A program made the position numbers and the translations under genes. From the NCBI GenBank assembly GCA_963744995.1, contig CAVUWA010000002.1, positions 416,001-480,000 of the forward strand: DNA of 64,000 nucleotides. The letters are read 5' to 3'. This document shows positions 19,992 to 29,492 of the stretch, piece by piece (position 1 is the stretch's first letter; each line of letters opens with the position of its first letter). The stretch comes from Candidatus Eiseniibacteriota bacterium. Its GTDB lineage: Bacteria > Eisenbacteria > RBG-16-71-46. The notes under the pieces were generated by a model. The model saw nothing but the letters and a program-made list of their open reading frames with translations, had not been told where the DNA came from and did not search any database.

Positions 19992-21959
19992 ATGTCGATG
20001 CGAGGAAGGATCGGATCCGCGGCGCGACTCGCGCCGGTGCTGCTGGTGGCGGGCCTGCTGGCGTCGTGCAGCGGCGCGGGGGGCGGGGCCAAGTCGACGA
20101 CCGACATCCGGTCGCTCATGAAGGAGCGCAAGCTCACCGATCAGGACGTGGTCGCGGCGCTCAAGACCTATACGCCGACCGGACGCCCGGATCCGTTCCT
20201 GATGTTCTCGTCGGGCGGCCACAGCGGGCATGTCATCGTGATCGGCGTGCCCAGCATGCGCATCCTGAAGTACATCGGGGTGTTCACTCCCGAGCCCTGG
20301 CAGGGCTACGGATTCGACGACGGCACCCGTGCGATGCTCGCCGCCAGCTCGCCGCGCGGGCACGAGCTGACCTGGGGCGACACGCACCACCCCGCGCTTT
20401 CCGAAACCGAAGGTGACTACGACGGCGAGTACCTGTTCGTCAACGACAAGGCGAATGCCCGCATCGCGGTGGTCAACCTCAAGGACCTGGTGACCACCCA
20501 GATCGTGCACAGCGGGATCCTCAAGTCGGATCACGGCGGCGCCTTCGTCACTCCCAACACCGACTACGTGATCGAGGGCGGTCAGTATCCGGCCCCGCTC
20601 GACGGTAGCTACGCACCGCTCGATCAGTACGACGACAAGTATCGCAGCGCGGTGGTGTTCTGGAAGTTCGACCGCGCAAACGGGCGCATCGACCCGTCCC
20701 GGTCGTTCGCCATGGAACTGCCGCCTTACATGCAGGACCTGACCGACGTCGGCAAACTGGCGAGTGATGGCTGGTGCTTCATCAACAGCTTCGACACCGA
20801 GCGCTCGCACGGCGGCATTCAGCAGGGACAACCGCCGCTCGAATCGGGCGCCTCGCAGAACGACATGGACTACCTGCACATCATCCCGTGGCGGAAGGCC
20901 GCCGAAATCGCCGCCGCGGCCGGGAACACGCGCACGATCCAGGGAATGCGGGTCATTCCGCTCGACGTCTCGCTGCGCGAGGGACTGCTCTACTTCGTGC
21001 CGGAGCCCAAGAGCCCGCACGGCGTCGACGTCACCCCGGACGGCGAGCGGCTGTGCATCTCGGGCAAGCTCGACACGCACGAGACCGTGTACAGCTGGGC
21101 CAAGATCAAGTCGCTGATCGATGGCGGCACGTTCGCGGGCAAGGATCCCTACGGCATCCCGATCCTGTCGTTCCAGGATGCGATCGACGGGCAGGTCGAG
21201 CTCGGGCTGGGCCCGCTCCATACCCAGTTCGACGGCAAGGGGTACGGCTACACCAGCCTGTTCATCGAGTCGAAAATCGCGCGCTGGTCGCTCAACGACC
21301 TCAAGCTGGTGGACAAGATCCCGGTGCACTACAACATCGGACACCTCAGCATCGCGGGCGGCGACACCGAGCATCCCGACGGCCACTACATGGTGGCGAT
21401 GAACAAGTGGTCGATCGACCGCTTCAAGAACGTCGGTCCGCTGCTGCCCCAGAACTTCCAGCTGATCGACATCTCGGGCGACGCGATGCAGTTGCTCTAC
21501 GACATGCCGATCGGCCTCGGCGAGCCGCACTATGCCCAGATCATCAGCTCGGACAAGGTCAAGGCATGGGAGATGTACACGCCGGTCGGCACGGACGCGG
21601 TGAGCCACAAGCCCGATCCCTCGGCCACGACCAGCGAGAAGGATGCCCGCGTCGTCCGCAACGGTCGCACCGTGGACGTCTACATGACGCTGGTCCGCAG
21701 CCACCTGGTCCCGGATGCCGTGACGGTGAAGAAAGGCGACACCGTGCGCATGCACCTGACCAACATCGAGCAGGCGCAGGACGCGACGCACGGCTTCTGC
21801 ATCAACGATTACGACATCAATCTGTCCATGGAACCGGGCAAGTCGGCCGACGCGACCTTCGTCGCAGACCAGGCCGGCGTGTTCCCCTACTACTGCACCG
21901 AGTTCTGCTCGGCCCTCCATCTCGAGATGGCGGGCTACCTGCTCGTGCAGCCGGACTGA
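19992..21959 (+). CDS. nosZ: Clade II (Sec-dependent) nitrous-oxide reductase
   Basis: SGGHSG; CuZ histidines in DTHH, DHGG, SPHG, PLHT, IGHL, EPHY; CuA THGF...YCTEFCSALHLEM; no twin-Arg motif, lipobox LLAS-C; GGAGG RBS. Confidence 0.97.
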   Translation: MSMRGRIGSAARLAPVLLVAGLLASCSGAGGGAKSTTDIRSLMKERKLTDQDVVAALKTYTPTGRPDPFLMFSSGGHSGHVIVIGVPSMRILKYIGVFTPEPWQGYGFDDGTRAMLAASSPRGHELTWGDTHHPALSETEGDYDGEYLFVNDKANARIAVVNLKDLVTTQIVHSGILKSDHGGAFVTPNTDYVIEGGQYPAPLDGSYAPLDQYDDKYRSAVVFWKFDRANGRIDPSRSFAMELPPYMQDLTDVGKLASDGWCFINSFDTERSHGGIQQGQPPLESGASQNDMDYLHIIPWRKAAEIAAAAGNTRTIQGMRVIPLDVSLREGLLYFVPEPKSPHGVDVTPDGERLCISGKLDTHETVYSWAKIKSLIDGGTFAGKDPYGIPILSFQDAIDGQVELGLGPLHTQFDGKGYGYTSLFIESKIARWSLNDLKLVDKIPVHYNIGHLSIAGGDTEHPDGHYMVAMNKWSIDRFKNVGPLLPQNFQLIDISGDAMQLLYDMPIGLGEPHYAQIISSDKVKAWEMYTPVGTDAVSHKPDPSATTSEKDARVVRNGRTVDVYMTLVRSHLVPDAVTVKKGDTVRMHLTNIEQAQDATHGFCINDYDINLSMEPGKSADATFVADQAGVFPYYCTEFCSALHLEMAGYLLVQPD

Positions 21960-21966
21960 TGGCGCC

Positions 21967-22006
21967 CCGGCCGGGGGCGGGGCCAACTCGCGCCCGCCCC
22001 GGCCGG
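21967..22006 (+). other. GC-rich stem-loop between nosZ and nosD
   Basis: Arms CCGGCCGGGGGCGGG and CCCGCCCCGGCCGG; no U tract. Confidence 0.5.
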
Positions 22007-22063
22007 ACGCCGCGTCAGGGATGGTGAGAGTTGAAGCGCTTCCTTCCACATCGGCCCGCGCAC

Positions 22064-23410
22064 ATGCGGCGATATCTGGTTGCCGTCACCGCCATGGTCG
22101 CGGTCGCCGCGGTCGTGGTGATGGCCGGTCTGCCGAGTGCGCGGACGCAACCGGGCCTGCCGGAGTGGCACCTGCCCGCACCGCCGCAGCGCCCGGCGGG
22201 CGCAATCGCGGTAGCCGCCGGTGCCGGGCTCCAGCGCCTGCTCGACGAGGCGGAACCACACGCCGTGTTCGCGCTTGCGCCGGGACGGTACGCCGGCCCG
22301 CTGACCGTGCGCCGGCCGGTCGTCCTGTGGGGACCGCGTGCAGCGGTGATCCGCTCGAACGGACGTGGCACGACGATCGAAGTCGCCGCGGACAGCGTTG
22401 CGCTGCTGGGCTTCACGGTGGACGGCAGCGGCGACCGATACGATCGGCTCGACGCGGCCGTTCACGTGCGCGGCAACGACGTGAGGATCGCCGGGCTCAC
22501 CGTGCGTCGCGCGCTCTTCGGGGTCGTCGCCGAGGAATCGTGGCGCGTGGCGGTCGTCGGCAACGACATCGCCGGCGACCCTGCGCGGCCCCCGGGCCTG
22601 CGCGGGGACGCGATCCGTTTCTGGGAGACGCGCGGGTCCATGATCGCACGCAACCACGTCGCGCACAGCCGTGACATCGTGGTCTGGTACTCCCCGGGAA
22701 ACCGCATCGCCGGGAATCTGGTCGAGGACGGCCGCTACGGCACGCATTTCATGTACAGCAGCGAATCGGTGGTGGAACACAACCGCTACCTGCGCGACGT
22801 CGTCGGGGTGTTCGTCATGTACTCGCGCGACATCCGGTTGCGCGACAACCTGCTCGCCGGCGCCATGGCTGCGGACGGGATGGGCGTCGGGTGCAAGGAG
22901 TCCGGCAACCTCCGGTTCGAAGGCAACCAGTTCGTGAAAGACCGGATCGGGTTGTATCTCGACACCTCGCCGCTCGACGTCGGCGATTCGAATACCTGCT
23001 CGGGCAACGGCTTTTCGCTCTGCCAGACGGCTATCGTGTTCCACGGGAGCGAATCGCGAAACCGTTTCGTCGGCAACCGGCTCGCCGACAACCAGACGCA
23101 GGTCATGGTCGAAGGCCGCGGAACCGCGATGGGCGTGACGTGGCTCGGCAACTACTTCGACGACTACCGAGGCTACGATTTCGACGGCGACGGCGCGGGC
23201 GACGTGCCCTACGAACTTCGCAGCCTTTCCGACCAGCTCACTGCGGCCCGTCCGGAGCTGCGGTTTTTCCAGGGTGCGATCGCGCTCGACCTGGTGGACG
23301 TGGCGGGTGAGGTGCTGCCGCTGCTCGAGCCGACGACGCTGCTGCGCGACCCGCGGCCACGCATGCAGCCGGGCCCCTCGGTCCGGAGCGAGGTGCATCA
23401 TGCGCGTTGA
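22064..23410 (+). CDS. nosD: Nitrous oxide reductase maturation protein NosD
   Basis: Beta-helix repeats, LRGDAIRFW, GRYGTHFMYS, GNYFDDYRGYDFDGDGAGDVPY, DPRPRM; start could be TTG 22031. Confidence 0.93.
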   Translation: MRRYLVAVTAMVAVAAVVVMAGLPSARTQPGLPEWHLPAPPQRPAGAIAVAAGAGLQRLLDEAEPHAVFALAPGRYAGPLTVRRPVVLWGPRAAVIRSNGRGTTIEVAADSVALLGFTVDGSGDRYDRLDAAVHVRGNDVRIAGLTVRRALFGVVAEESWRVAVVGNDIAGDPARPPGLRGDAIRFWETRGSMIARNHVAHSRDIVVWYSPGNRIAGNLVEDGRYGTHFMYSSESVVEHNRYLRDVVGVFVMYSRDIRLRDNLLAGAMAADGMGVGCKESGNLRFEGNQFVKDRIGLYLDTSPLDVGDSNTCSGNGFSLCQTAIVFHGSESRNRFVGNRLADNQTQVMVEGRGTAMGVTWLGNYFDDYRGYDFDGDGAGDVPYELRSLSDQLTAARPELRFFQGAIALDLVDVAGEVLPLLEPTTLLRDPRPRMQPGPSVRSEVHHAR

Positions 23411-24281
23411 AACGATCGGTCTGCGGCGCCGCTTCGGGGCAGTGACCGCGCTCGACGGGGTGTCGTTCGAGGTTGCCGCCGGCCGTCGGGTGGCGGTGAT
23501 CGGCCCCAACGGTTCCGGCAAGTCCACGCTCATGCGGGCGATTCTCGGGTTGCTGGCATTCGAGGGGACGGTCCGTCTCGACGGCCGGAGTCCGTTCGAG
23601 CACCGCGCTGCGCTCGCCCGCCGGCTGGCGTACGTGCCCCAGACCGCGCCGCAGCTGGCCGCGCCGGTGGGGGAGATCGTCGCGGCCGTCACCCGGATTC
23701 GAATGCTGCCGTCTGCCGCGGTGGCCGACGCGGCGGCCCGCATCGGCCTGGACGTCGCCGCGCTCGCGGCGCGTCCGGTGCGGGGCCTGTCCGGCGGGAT
23801 GCGGCAGAAGCTGATGATCGCGCTGGCGCTCGCCGGGCGGCCTTCGCTGGTGGTCATGGACGAGCCGACGGCCAGTCTCGATGCCGCGTCGCGCGCTCGT
23901 TTCTTCAGTCTCTACGACGAGGTCGCCGCCGGTGCGACGCTGCTGCTCTGCTCGCACCGACTCGAGGAAGTGAGCCACCTGGTCGAGGGGGTGATCGCCC
24001 TCGAGGGCGGACGGGTGACGTTCGACGGCCCGGTGGACAGGTTCCTCGAAACCCGCTCCCACAGCGTGCTCGAGGTTTGGGCCCGCGGTCACGTCGACCG
24101 CGACTGGTTCGCAGCGCGCGGCTTCGTGGCCGGGCAGGGAGGCTCCTGGGTGCGCGTGGTGAGCCGCGCCGAGAAGCTGCCGCTGCTGCGCGAGGTGACC
24201 GCGCACTGCAACGGCAAGCTTTCCAACGTCGTGCTGCGCGACCTCGAGACCCTCGACGTGCACCCGGCCGGGGAGGGGTGA
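23400..24281 (+). CDS. nosF: ABC transporter ATP-binding protein NosF
   Basis: [23 protein letters not shown]; position between nosD and nosL/nosY. Confidence 0.88.
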   Translation: MRVETIGLRRRFGAVTALDGVSFEVAAGRRVAVIGPNGSGKSTLMRAILGLLAFEGTVRLDGRSPFEHRAALARRLAYVPQTAPQLAAPVGEIVAAVTRIRMLPSAAVADAAARIGLDVAALAARPVRGLSGGMRQKLMIALALAGRPSLVVMDEPTASLDAASRARFFSLYDEVAAGATLLLCSHRLEEVSHLVEGVIALEGGRVTFDGPVDRFLETRSHSVLEVWARGHVDRDWFAARGFVAGQGGSWVRVVSRAEKLPLLREVTAHCNGKLSNVVLRDLETLDVHPAGEG

Positions 24282-24282
24282 G

Positions 24283-24747
24283 ATGAAACGGAACCAGAGC
24301 GTCGTTCGCCGCGCTGCGTGGCTGCTCGCCGGCCTCGCCCTCGTCGCCGGCTTCACGTTCGTCGTGGTGCGATCGCAGGCCCTTCCGGACGGACCGCGGC
24401 CGGTGGTGTGGGACCAGCAGACGTGCGCCGAGTGCCGGATGACGGTGAGCGACCGGCGGTTCGCCTGCCAGCTGCAGACCACCGACGGGCGGGTACTCGA
24501 CTTCGACGATCCCGGCTGTCTGTTCCACTACCTGTCGGAGGACGCGCCGCCGGTGCGCGCGCTCTACTTCCACGCCTTCGACGGAGACCGCTGGCTGGAC
24601 CGCGACCGCGTCGGTTTCATCACCGGGGCGCGAGGCCCGATGGGCTACGACCTGGCCGCCGTCGCCGCGGGCCGCACAGGGGCACTCGATTTCGAGGCGG
24701 CGCGCGCCCGCGCCCTGACCGAGGAGGATTCCCATGTCCCGCGCTGA
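24283..24747 (+). CDS. nosL: Copper chaperone NosL
   Basis: CAECRM, FDDPGC, GPMG; N-terminal TM anchor. Confidence 0.85.
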   Translation: MKRNQSVVRRAAWLLAGLALVAGFTFVVVRSQALPDGPRPVVWDQQTCAECRMTVSDRRFACQLQTTDGRVLDFDDPGCLFHYLSEDAPPVRALYFHAFDGDRWLDRDRVGFITGARGPMGYDLAAVAAGRTGALDFEAARARALTEEDSHVPR

Positions 24748-25588
24748 CGTCACTCATGCCGGCCGCGTGCTCGCCCTGGCGCGGCTCGACTTTGCAGAGG
24801 TGCTGCGTTCGCGCTGGCTGCTGTTCTGTGCGGGCCTGTACGCGATCCTCGCAGCGGTGTTCGTGCTGGTCGGCATGCGGGAATCGGGCGTGCTGGGCTT
24901 CACCGGCATGGGCCGTGTGCTCCTGTCGCTGTGCCACGCGCTCGTGCTGCTGCTGCCGCTGCTGGCGCTCACCGGCAGCGGGCAGGTGGTGAACCGCGCT
25001 CGCGAGGACGGCACTCTGGAGCTGTTGTTCAGCCACCCGGTGGAACGCCGCGACTATTTCGCGGCGGTGACCTGGGTGCGTTTTCTCGCCCTGTTCGCGC
25101 CGCTCTTCCTGCTGCTGATCGGTCTCGCCGCCGCCGGCCGATGGGTTTTCGGTCAGCCCGTGGCGTGGTCGTTCCTCGGGCGATCGCTGCTCGTCAGCGC
25201 CAGCCTGATCTGGAGCTTTCTCGGCATCGGCATCGCCATTTCGACGCTGGTACGCGGCCAGGCGAAGGCATTGATGGTTCTGCTGCTGGTCTGGGTCCTG
25301 GGCGTGGCCCTGCTCGATTTCGCGCTCATCGGCCTGATGCTGCAATGGCGGCTCAACGCGGCCGGGGTCTTTCTGCTGTCCGCCGTCAATCCGGTCGAAA
25401 GCGCACGCATGGCGCTGCTGTCGGCCGCCGACCCGGATCTCGGCGTGCTCGGACCGGTCGGTTTCTTTCTGGCTCACCGCATCGGCGCCCCGGCGCTGCT
25501 GGCGCTGGGCGTGGCATGGCCGGCGGTGGTCGGGAGTTCGGCGTGGCTCGCCGCCCGGCGCTCGTTCCTCCGCGGCGACCTGGTCTAG
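24734..25588 (+). CDS. nosY: ABC-2 permease NosY
   Basis: LRSRWL, REDGTLELLFSHPV, VNPVESAR; about six TM segments. Confidence 0.88.
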   Translation: MSRADVTHAGRVLALARLDFAEVLRSRWLLFCAGLYAILAAVFVLVGMRESGVLGFTGMGRVLLSLCHALVLLLPLLALTGSGQVVNRAREDGTLELLFSHPVERRDYFAAVTWVRFLALFAPLFLLLIGLAAAGRWVFGQPVAWSFLGRSLLVSASLIWSFLGIGIAISTLVRGQAKALMVLLLVWVLGVALLDFALIGLMLQWRLNAAGVFLLSAVNPVESARMALLSAADPDLGVLGPVGFFLAHRIGAPALLALGVAWPAVVGSSAWLAARRSFLRGDLV

Positions 25589-25599
25589 AGGAGGGTTTC

Positions 25600-26268
25600 A
25601 TGGCCACTCATCCACATCCCAAGATTGACGCGTTCTACGAGTTCCTGGACAAGCCGATCCGGCTCGGCGCCCGCATCGTGCTGGCGCTGCTCGTGATTCC
25701 GATGGCGCTCAGCATGACCCAGCCCCTCTGGCGCATGAGCATGGTCGCCCCGCAGTACCCGCACGGGCTCAGGATCGACCTCTACACCTACAAGCTGGTG
25801 GGCGGGAACAACGATCACGACCTCGCGGAGATCAACGAGCTCAACCATTACATCGGGATGATGAAGGTGAACCGCGAGTCGATGTCCGATCTCGACTGGC
25901 TGCCGTTCGCCTTCGGTCTACTGATCGTCATCGCGCTGCGCGCGGCCGCCATCGGCAGCGTGCGCAGCCTGATCGACCTGAGCGTCCTGGTCGGCTATGT
26001 GGCGTTGTTCTCGATGGCGCGGTTCGTCTACAAGCTGTATACGTTCGGCCACTTTCTCGATCCACGCGCGCCCGTCCACATCGAACCGTTCATGCCGGTC
26101 GTGCTCGGGACGAAACAGGTGGCCAACTTCACCACCCATTCCTATCCTCAGATCGGGACGTTCATGGTGCTGGTGTTCGCATTCGGTATCTTCGCGCTGA
26201 CCGCATGGCATCTGGTGCGCGGTTACCGCGCGCGCTGGGGGGGGCCTGCGGCCGCTGCGGGCCACTAG
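25600..26268 (+). CDS. nosB: NosB-like membrane protein of clade II nos clusters
   Basis: PLWRMSMVAPQYPHGL, INELNHYIGM, FGHFLDPRAP, GTKQVANFTTHSYP; four TM segments. Confidence 0.8.
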   Translation: MATHPHPKIDAFYEFLDKPIRLGARIVLALLVIPMALSMTQPLWRMSMVAPQYPHGLRIDLYTYKLVGGNNDHDLAEINELNHYIGMMKVNRESMSDLDWLPFAFGLLIVIALRAAAIGSVRSLIDLSVLVGYVALFSMARFVYKLYTFGHFLDPRAPVHIEPFMPVVLGTKQVANFTTHSYPQIGTFMVLVFAFGIFALTAWHLVRGYRARWGGPAAAAGH

Positions 26269-26277
26269 GGAGGCAGG

Positions 26278-26682
26278 ATGGTCAGCCAGACGGGCCGATA
26301 CGCGCTGCGGATCCTCGCTTATCTCGTCGATCACCCGGGGCAGTGGGTGCAGGGCAGCCAGATTGCGGCCGAGACCCGGATTCCACCGAACTACCTGTCG
26401 AAGATTCTGAACCAGCTGGGCAAGGGCGGCTTCGTGCTCAGCCGGAAGGGCTGGGGGGGTGGATTTCGGCTCAAGGAGAGCGCCCGACGGATCCACATCG
26501 CGAAGGTGCTCGATCGATTCGAGGGCCCGCGCGACGACAAGCGTTGCTTTTTCGAGATGCGGCGTTGCGATGCCGAGCGGCCCTGCGCGCTGCATCATCA
26601 CTGGGAACGCATTCAGTCTCAGTACCGCGAGATGCTGAGGGCCACCACGATCGGGGACCTGCGCGCCGTGTCGGTCGAATGA
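26278..26682 (+). CDS. Rrf2-family transcriptional regulator with C-x6-C-x5-C-x2-H motif
   Basis: YALRILAYL, IPPNYLSKILNQL, SRKGWGGGF, CFFEMRRCDAERPCALH; GGAGG RBS. Confidence 0.92.
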   Translation: MVSQTGRYALRILAYLVDHPGQWVQGSQIAAETRIPPNYLSKILNQLGKGGFVLSRKGWGGGFRLKESARRIHIAKVLDRFEGPRDDKRCFFEMRRCDAERPCALHHHWERIQSQYREMLRATTIGDLRAVSVE

Positions 26683-26838
26683 AGCGCCCGCGGCCCCTCG
26701 TGACGCCGAAGCAGGCGCTGCGCCGGACCCGGCGGGCATGCAGGCTTTGCGGGGTTCGGAATTCCCCAGGCGCGGTGAGGCGAGCTCGATCGCCGCATCG
26801 TGTCACCACCCGGGAAGTGAAGCGAGCAGGAGGATCAG

Positions 26839-27438
26839 ATGCCCCTCGGATATTCGGACGCAAGCCGGGAGTTACAGGAAAGATTCGATACCCGCCGCCT
26901 CGCCGACCGCCTCGCGTCGGTCAAGGTGCACGATCGGTTCACGGAGGCGGACCGGGAATTCATCCAGGCCAGGGACATGTTCTTTCTGGCGACGGTCGAT
27001 CACCAGGGCCAGCCGACCTGCTCCTACAAGGGCGGGGATCCCGGTTTCGTGACGATTGTCGACGAGACGACTCTGGCGTTCCCGAACTACGATGGCAACG
27101 GGATGTACCTGTCGATGGGAAATGTGAGCCAGACCGGCCGCGTGGGACTCCTGTTCATCGATTTCGAGCGTCCGCGTCGCATGCGTGTGGACGGCCTCGC
27201 CGAGCTCGTGTTCGATCCGGGGGTCATGGCGAGGTATCCGGAGTGCCAGTTCGTGGTGCAGGTGCGGGCGACGGCGATCTATCCGAATTGCCCGCGGTAC
27301 GTGCATCAACTCGCGCTCGTCGAACACTCGTCATTCGTGCCGCGGAGCGGCGTGGCGACGCCGACGCCGGAGTGGAAGCGTTCGGACTGGGCACGTGACG
27401 TCCTGCCGGCGGGCGATCCGGCAAAAGACCGCTCCTGA
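26839..27438 (+). CDS. Pyridoxamine 5'-phosphate oxidase-like FMN-binding protein
   Basis: MFFLATVD, CSYKGGDPGFV, FPNYDGNGMYLSMGN, VGLLFIDF, NCPRYVH. Confidence 0.88.
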   Translation: MPLGYSDASRELQERFDTRRLADRLASVKVHDRFTEADREFIQARDMFFLATVDHQGQPTCSYKGGDPGFVTIVDETTLAFPNYDGNGMYLSMGNVSQTGRVGLLFIDFERPRRMRVDGLAELVFDPGVMARYPECQFVVQVRATAIYPNCPRYVHQLALVEHSSFVPRSGVATPTPEWKRSDWARDVLPAGDPAKDRS

Positions 27439-27585
27439 TGCACCGCAGACCACCGGGTGCTCCTCCCAACGGAGCAGGGGAGCGGGCGCATCGGGGCAAA
27501 CCGTTGGCCGCCAAGGTGTTGTGTGAGCATTCGCGGTGGGCCGCCGGAACCGGGCCGCAGGCGTCGGTCCAGGCCTGCTGTCCAT

Positions 27586-27647
27586 TTGACCAAATCCCCA
27601 CGAATCATTACCTTCGCCACGTAATCTAACGCTTACGTAAGGGTTGG
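27586..27647 (+). promoter_or_regulatory. merR-suf operon promoter (TTGACC-N17-TACCTT) and downstream 18-bp palindrome AACGCTTACGTAAGGGTT
   Basis: -35 at 27586-27591, -10 at 27609-27614; palindrome 27628-27645 (16/18 self-complementary) ends 8 nt before the ATG. Confidence 0.75.
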
Positions 27648-27653
27648 ACGAAG

Positions 27654-28199
27654 ATGATTCAGGAACCCGTTCACAAGCCGCTTCTGCGTATCGGCGACGT
27701 CGCCCGCCTCACGGGCAAGTCCGTCCGGGCGATTCACCTTTATGAAGAACTGGGCCTGCTGGAGCCGGCGCGGCGTTCGAGCGGCGGCTTCCGTCTGTTC
27801 GACCATTCCGCGACCGAGCGCATCCGCTGGATCGATCTGCTCCACAACATGGGCTTCTCGCTTCAGGACATGCGCGGGCTCGTGAAGGACTGGTGGAGCG
27901 CCAAGCTCGGCCCCGAGGCCATGCAGGAGCTGCACGAACTCTTCGCGCGCAAGCTCGAAGAGACCAGGGACGCGATCCGCCGACACCGGCAGCTCGAGAA
28001 CGAGCTGCTCGAAGGGATCGCCTACCTCGAGACCTGTTGCGAGTGCGGGTCGCCCGCAGCGGTCGACGGTTGTGTGAACTGCACGCAGGATCACGGCATG
28101 CAGGAGGAGCCGGCGCTGGTGGCCGGCATCACGTCCGCCCCGGACGCGGCGAAGAAGCGCCGGCGCCCGGCTTTCGTCAAAATCGAAGAGATCGAGTGA
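27654..28199 (+). CDS. MerR-family regulator with C-terminal Cys-rich motif
   Basis: LRIGDVARLTGKSVRAIHLYEELGLL...RSSGGFRLF HTH; coiled coil; TCCECGSPAAVDGCVNCTQDH. Confidence 0.92.
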   Translation: MIQEPVHKPLLRIGDVARLTGKSVRAIHLYEELGLLEPARRSSGGFRLFDHSATERIRWIDLLHNMGFSLQDMRGLVKDWWSAKLGPEAMQELHELFARKLEETRDAIRRHRQLENELLEGIAYLETCCECGSPAAVDGCVNCTQDHGMQEEPALVAGITSAPDAAKKRRRPAFVKIEEIE

Positions 28200-28206
28200 A
28201 AAAACC

Positions 28207-28575
28207 ATGGATCTTCCGATCATGAATCAGTCCGGCACGAAGGCCGGCAACGAAGTGAAGCTCACCCAGCTGGCCGCGGAGAAGGTGAAGGAGCTTCTCG
28301 CGGAGCGACAGATGGATGGTCACGGCCTGCGGCTCGGCGTCCGCGGCGGCGGCTGTTCGGGCAACTCCTACTTCATGGAGTTCGCCGAGAAGGCCGAAGC
28401 CGGCGATCTGTCGTTCGACAGCCACGGCGTCAGGCTGATCGTCGACCAGCGCAGCATGGCCCTGCTCGCCGGGACGGAGATCGATTTCGTCACCGGCCTC
28501 ATGGGATCCGGCTTCAAGTTCAACAATCCGAATGTTCGCCACAGCTGCGCCTGCGGCGAGAGCTTCACCGCCTAG
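28207..28575 (+). CDS. sufA: A-type Fe-S carrier (HesB/IscA/SufA family)
   Basis: GGGCSG, GFKFNNPN, CACGESF. Confidence 0.93.
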   Translation: MDLPIMNQSGTKAGNEVKLTQLAAEKVKELLAERQMDGHGLRLGVRGGGCSGNSYFMEFAEKAEAGDLSFDSHGVRLIVDQRSMALLAGTEIDFVTGLMGSGFKFNNPNVRHSCACGESFTA

Positions 28576-28679
28576 AACCTTTCCGGGAGCGCGACGGGGC
28601 GCGGGACACCGCGCCGGATGACGGCTCTCGATAACGATCCCGCCGGTCGCAGGCGGCGCGGCGGAAGGAAACGAAACGC

Positions 28680-29492
28680 ATGAGCCAGACACCCGAACTC
28701 GTCGTGAAGGATCTCCATGTCGCCATCGAGGGCAAGGAGATCCTCAAGGGCCTGAATCTCGAAGTCCGCAAGGGCGAGATTCACGCCATCATGGGGCCCA
28801 ACGGCTCCGGCAAGAGCACGTTCGCCAATACCCTGATGGGCCATCCGCGCTACGAGGTGACCGGCGGCGACATCCTGTTCAAGGGCGAGAGCGTGCTCGA
28901 GATGGAAACCGATGCGCGGGCCCGCGCGGGCCTGTTCATGGCGTTCCAGTACCCGGTCGCGATTCCCGGCGTGACGGTCGCGAACTTCCTCAGAAGCGCG
29001 CTCAACGCGCGGCTCTCCGCGGCCGGCGCCGCGAACGGCAACGGCGCCGTTCCGATGAACCGCGGGATCGCCCCGAAGGAATTCCGCGGCATGCTCAGGG
29101 AGAAGATGGAGTTGCTCAAGGTGGACGAGTCGTTCGCGACGCGTTACCTGAACGATGGCTTCTCCGGCGGCGAAAAGAAGCGCGCCGAGATCCTCCAGAT
29201 GGCGATGCTCAAGCCCGAGATCGCGATCATGGACGAGACCGATTCCGGTCTCGACATCGACGCGCTGAAGATCGTGTCCGGTGGCGTGAATGCGCTCGCC
29301 GGTCCCGACATGGGCGTGCTGGTGATCACGCACTACCAGCGCATCCTCAACTACATCCAGCCGCACCGCGTGCACGTGCTCGTGGACGGACGCATCGTCC
29401 GTTCGGGCGGCCCCGAGCTCGCCCATGAGCTGGAGAGCAGGGGCTACGAATTCGTCCGCGGTGATTCCACGAAGGAGGTGGCAGCGTCATGA
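28680..29492 (+). CDS. sufC: Fe-S assembly ATPase SufC
   Basis: [45 protein letters not shown]. Confidence 0.97.
   Translation: MSQTPELVVKDLHVAIEGKEILKGLNLEVRKGEIHAIMGPNGSGKSTFANTLMGHPRYEVTGGDILFKGESVLEMETDARARAGLFMAFQYPVAIPGVTVANFLRSALNARLSAAGAANGNGAVPMNRGIAPKEFRGMLREKMELLKVDESFATRYLNDGFSGGEKKRAEILQMAMLKPEIAIMDETDSGLDIDALKIVSGGVNALAGPDMGVLVITHYQRILNYIQPHRVHVLVDGRIVRSGGPELAHELESRGYEFVRGDSTKEVAAS

Noticed and set aside
19992..21959. NosZ as a clade I or otherwise atypical N2O reductase
   Set aside because: No Tat motif, and the canonical CuZ histidines, FCSALHLEM CuA motif and nosB-like partner fit ordinary clade II
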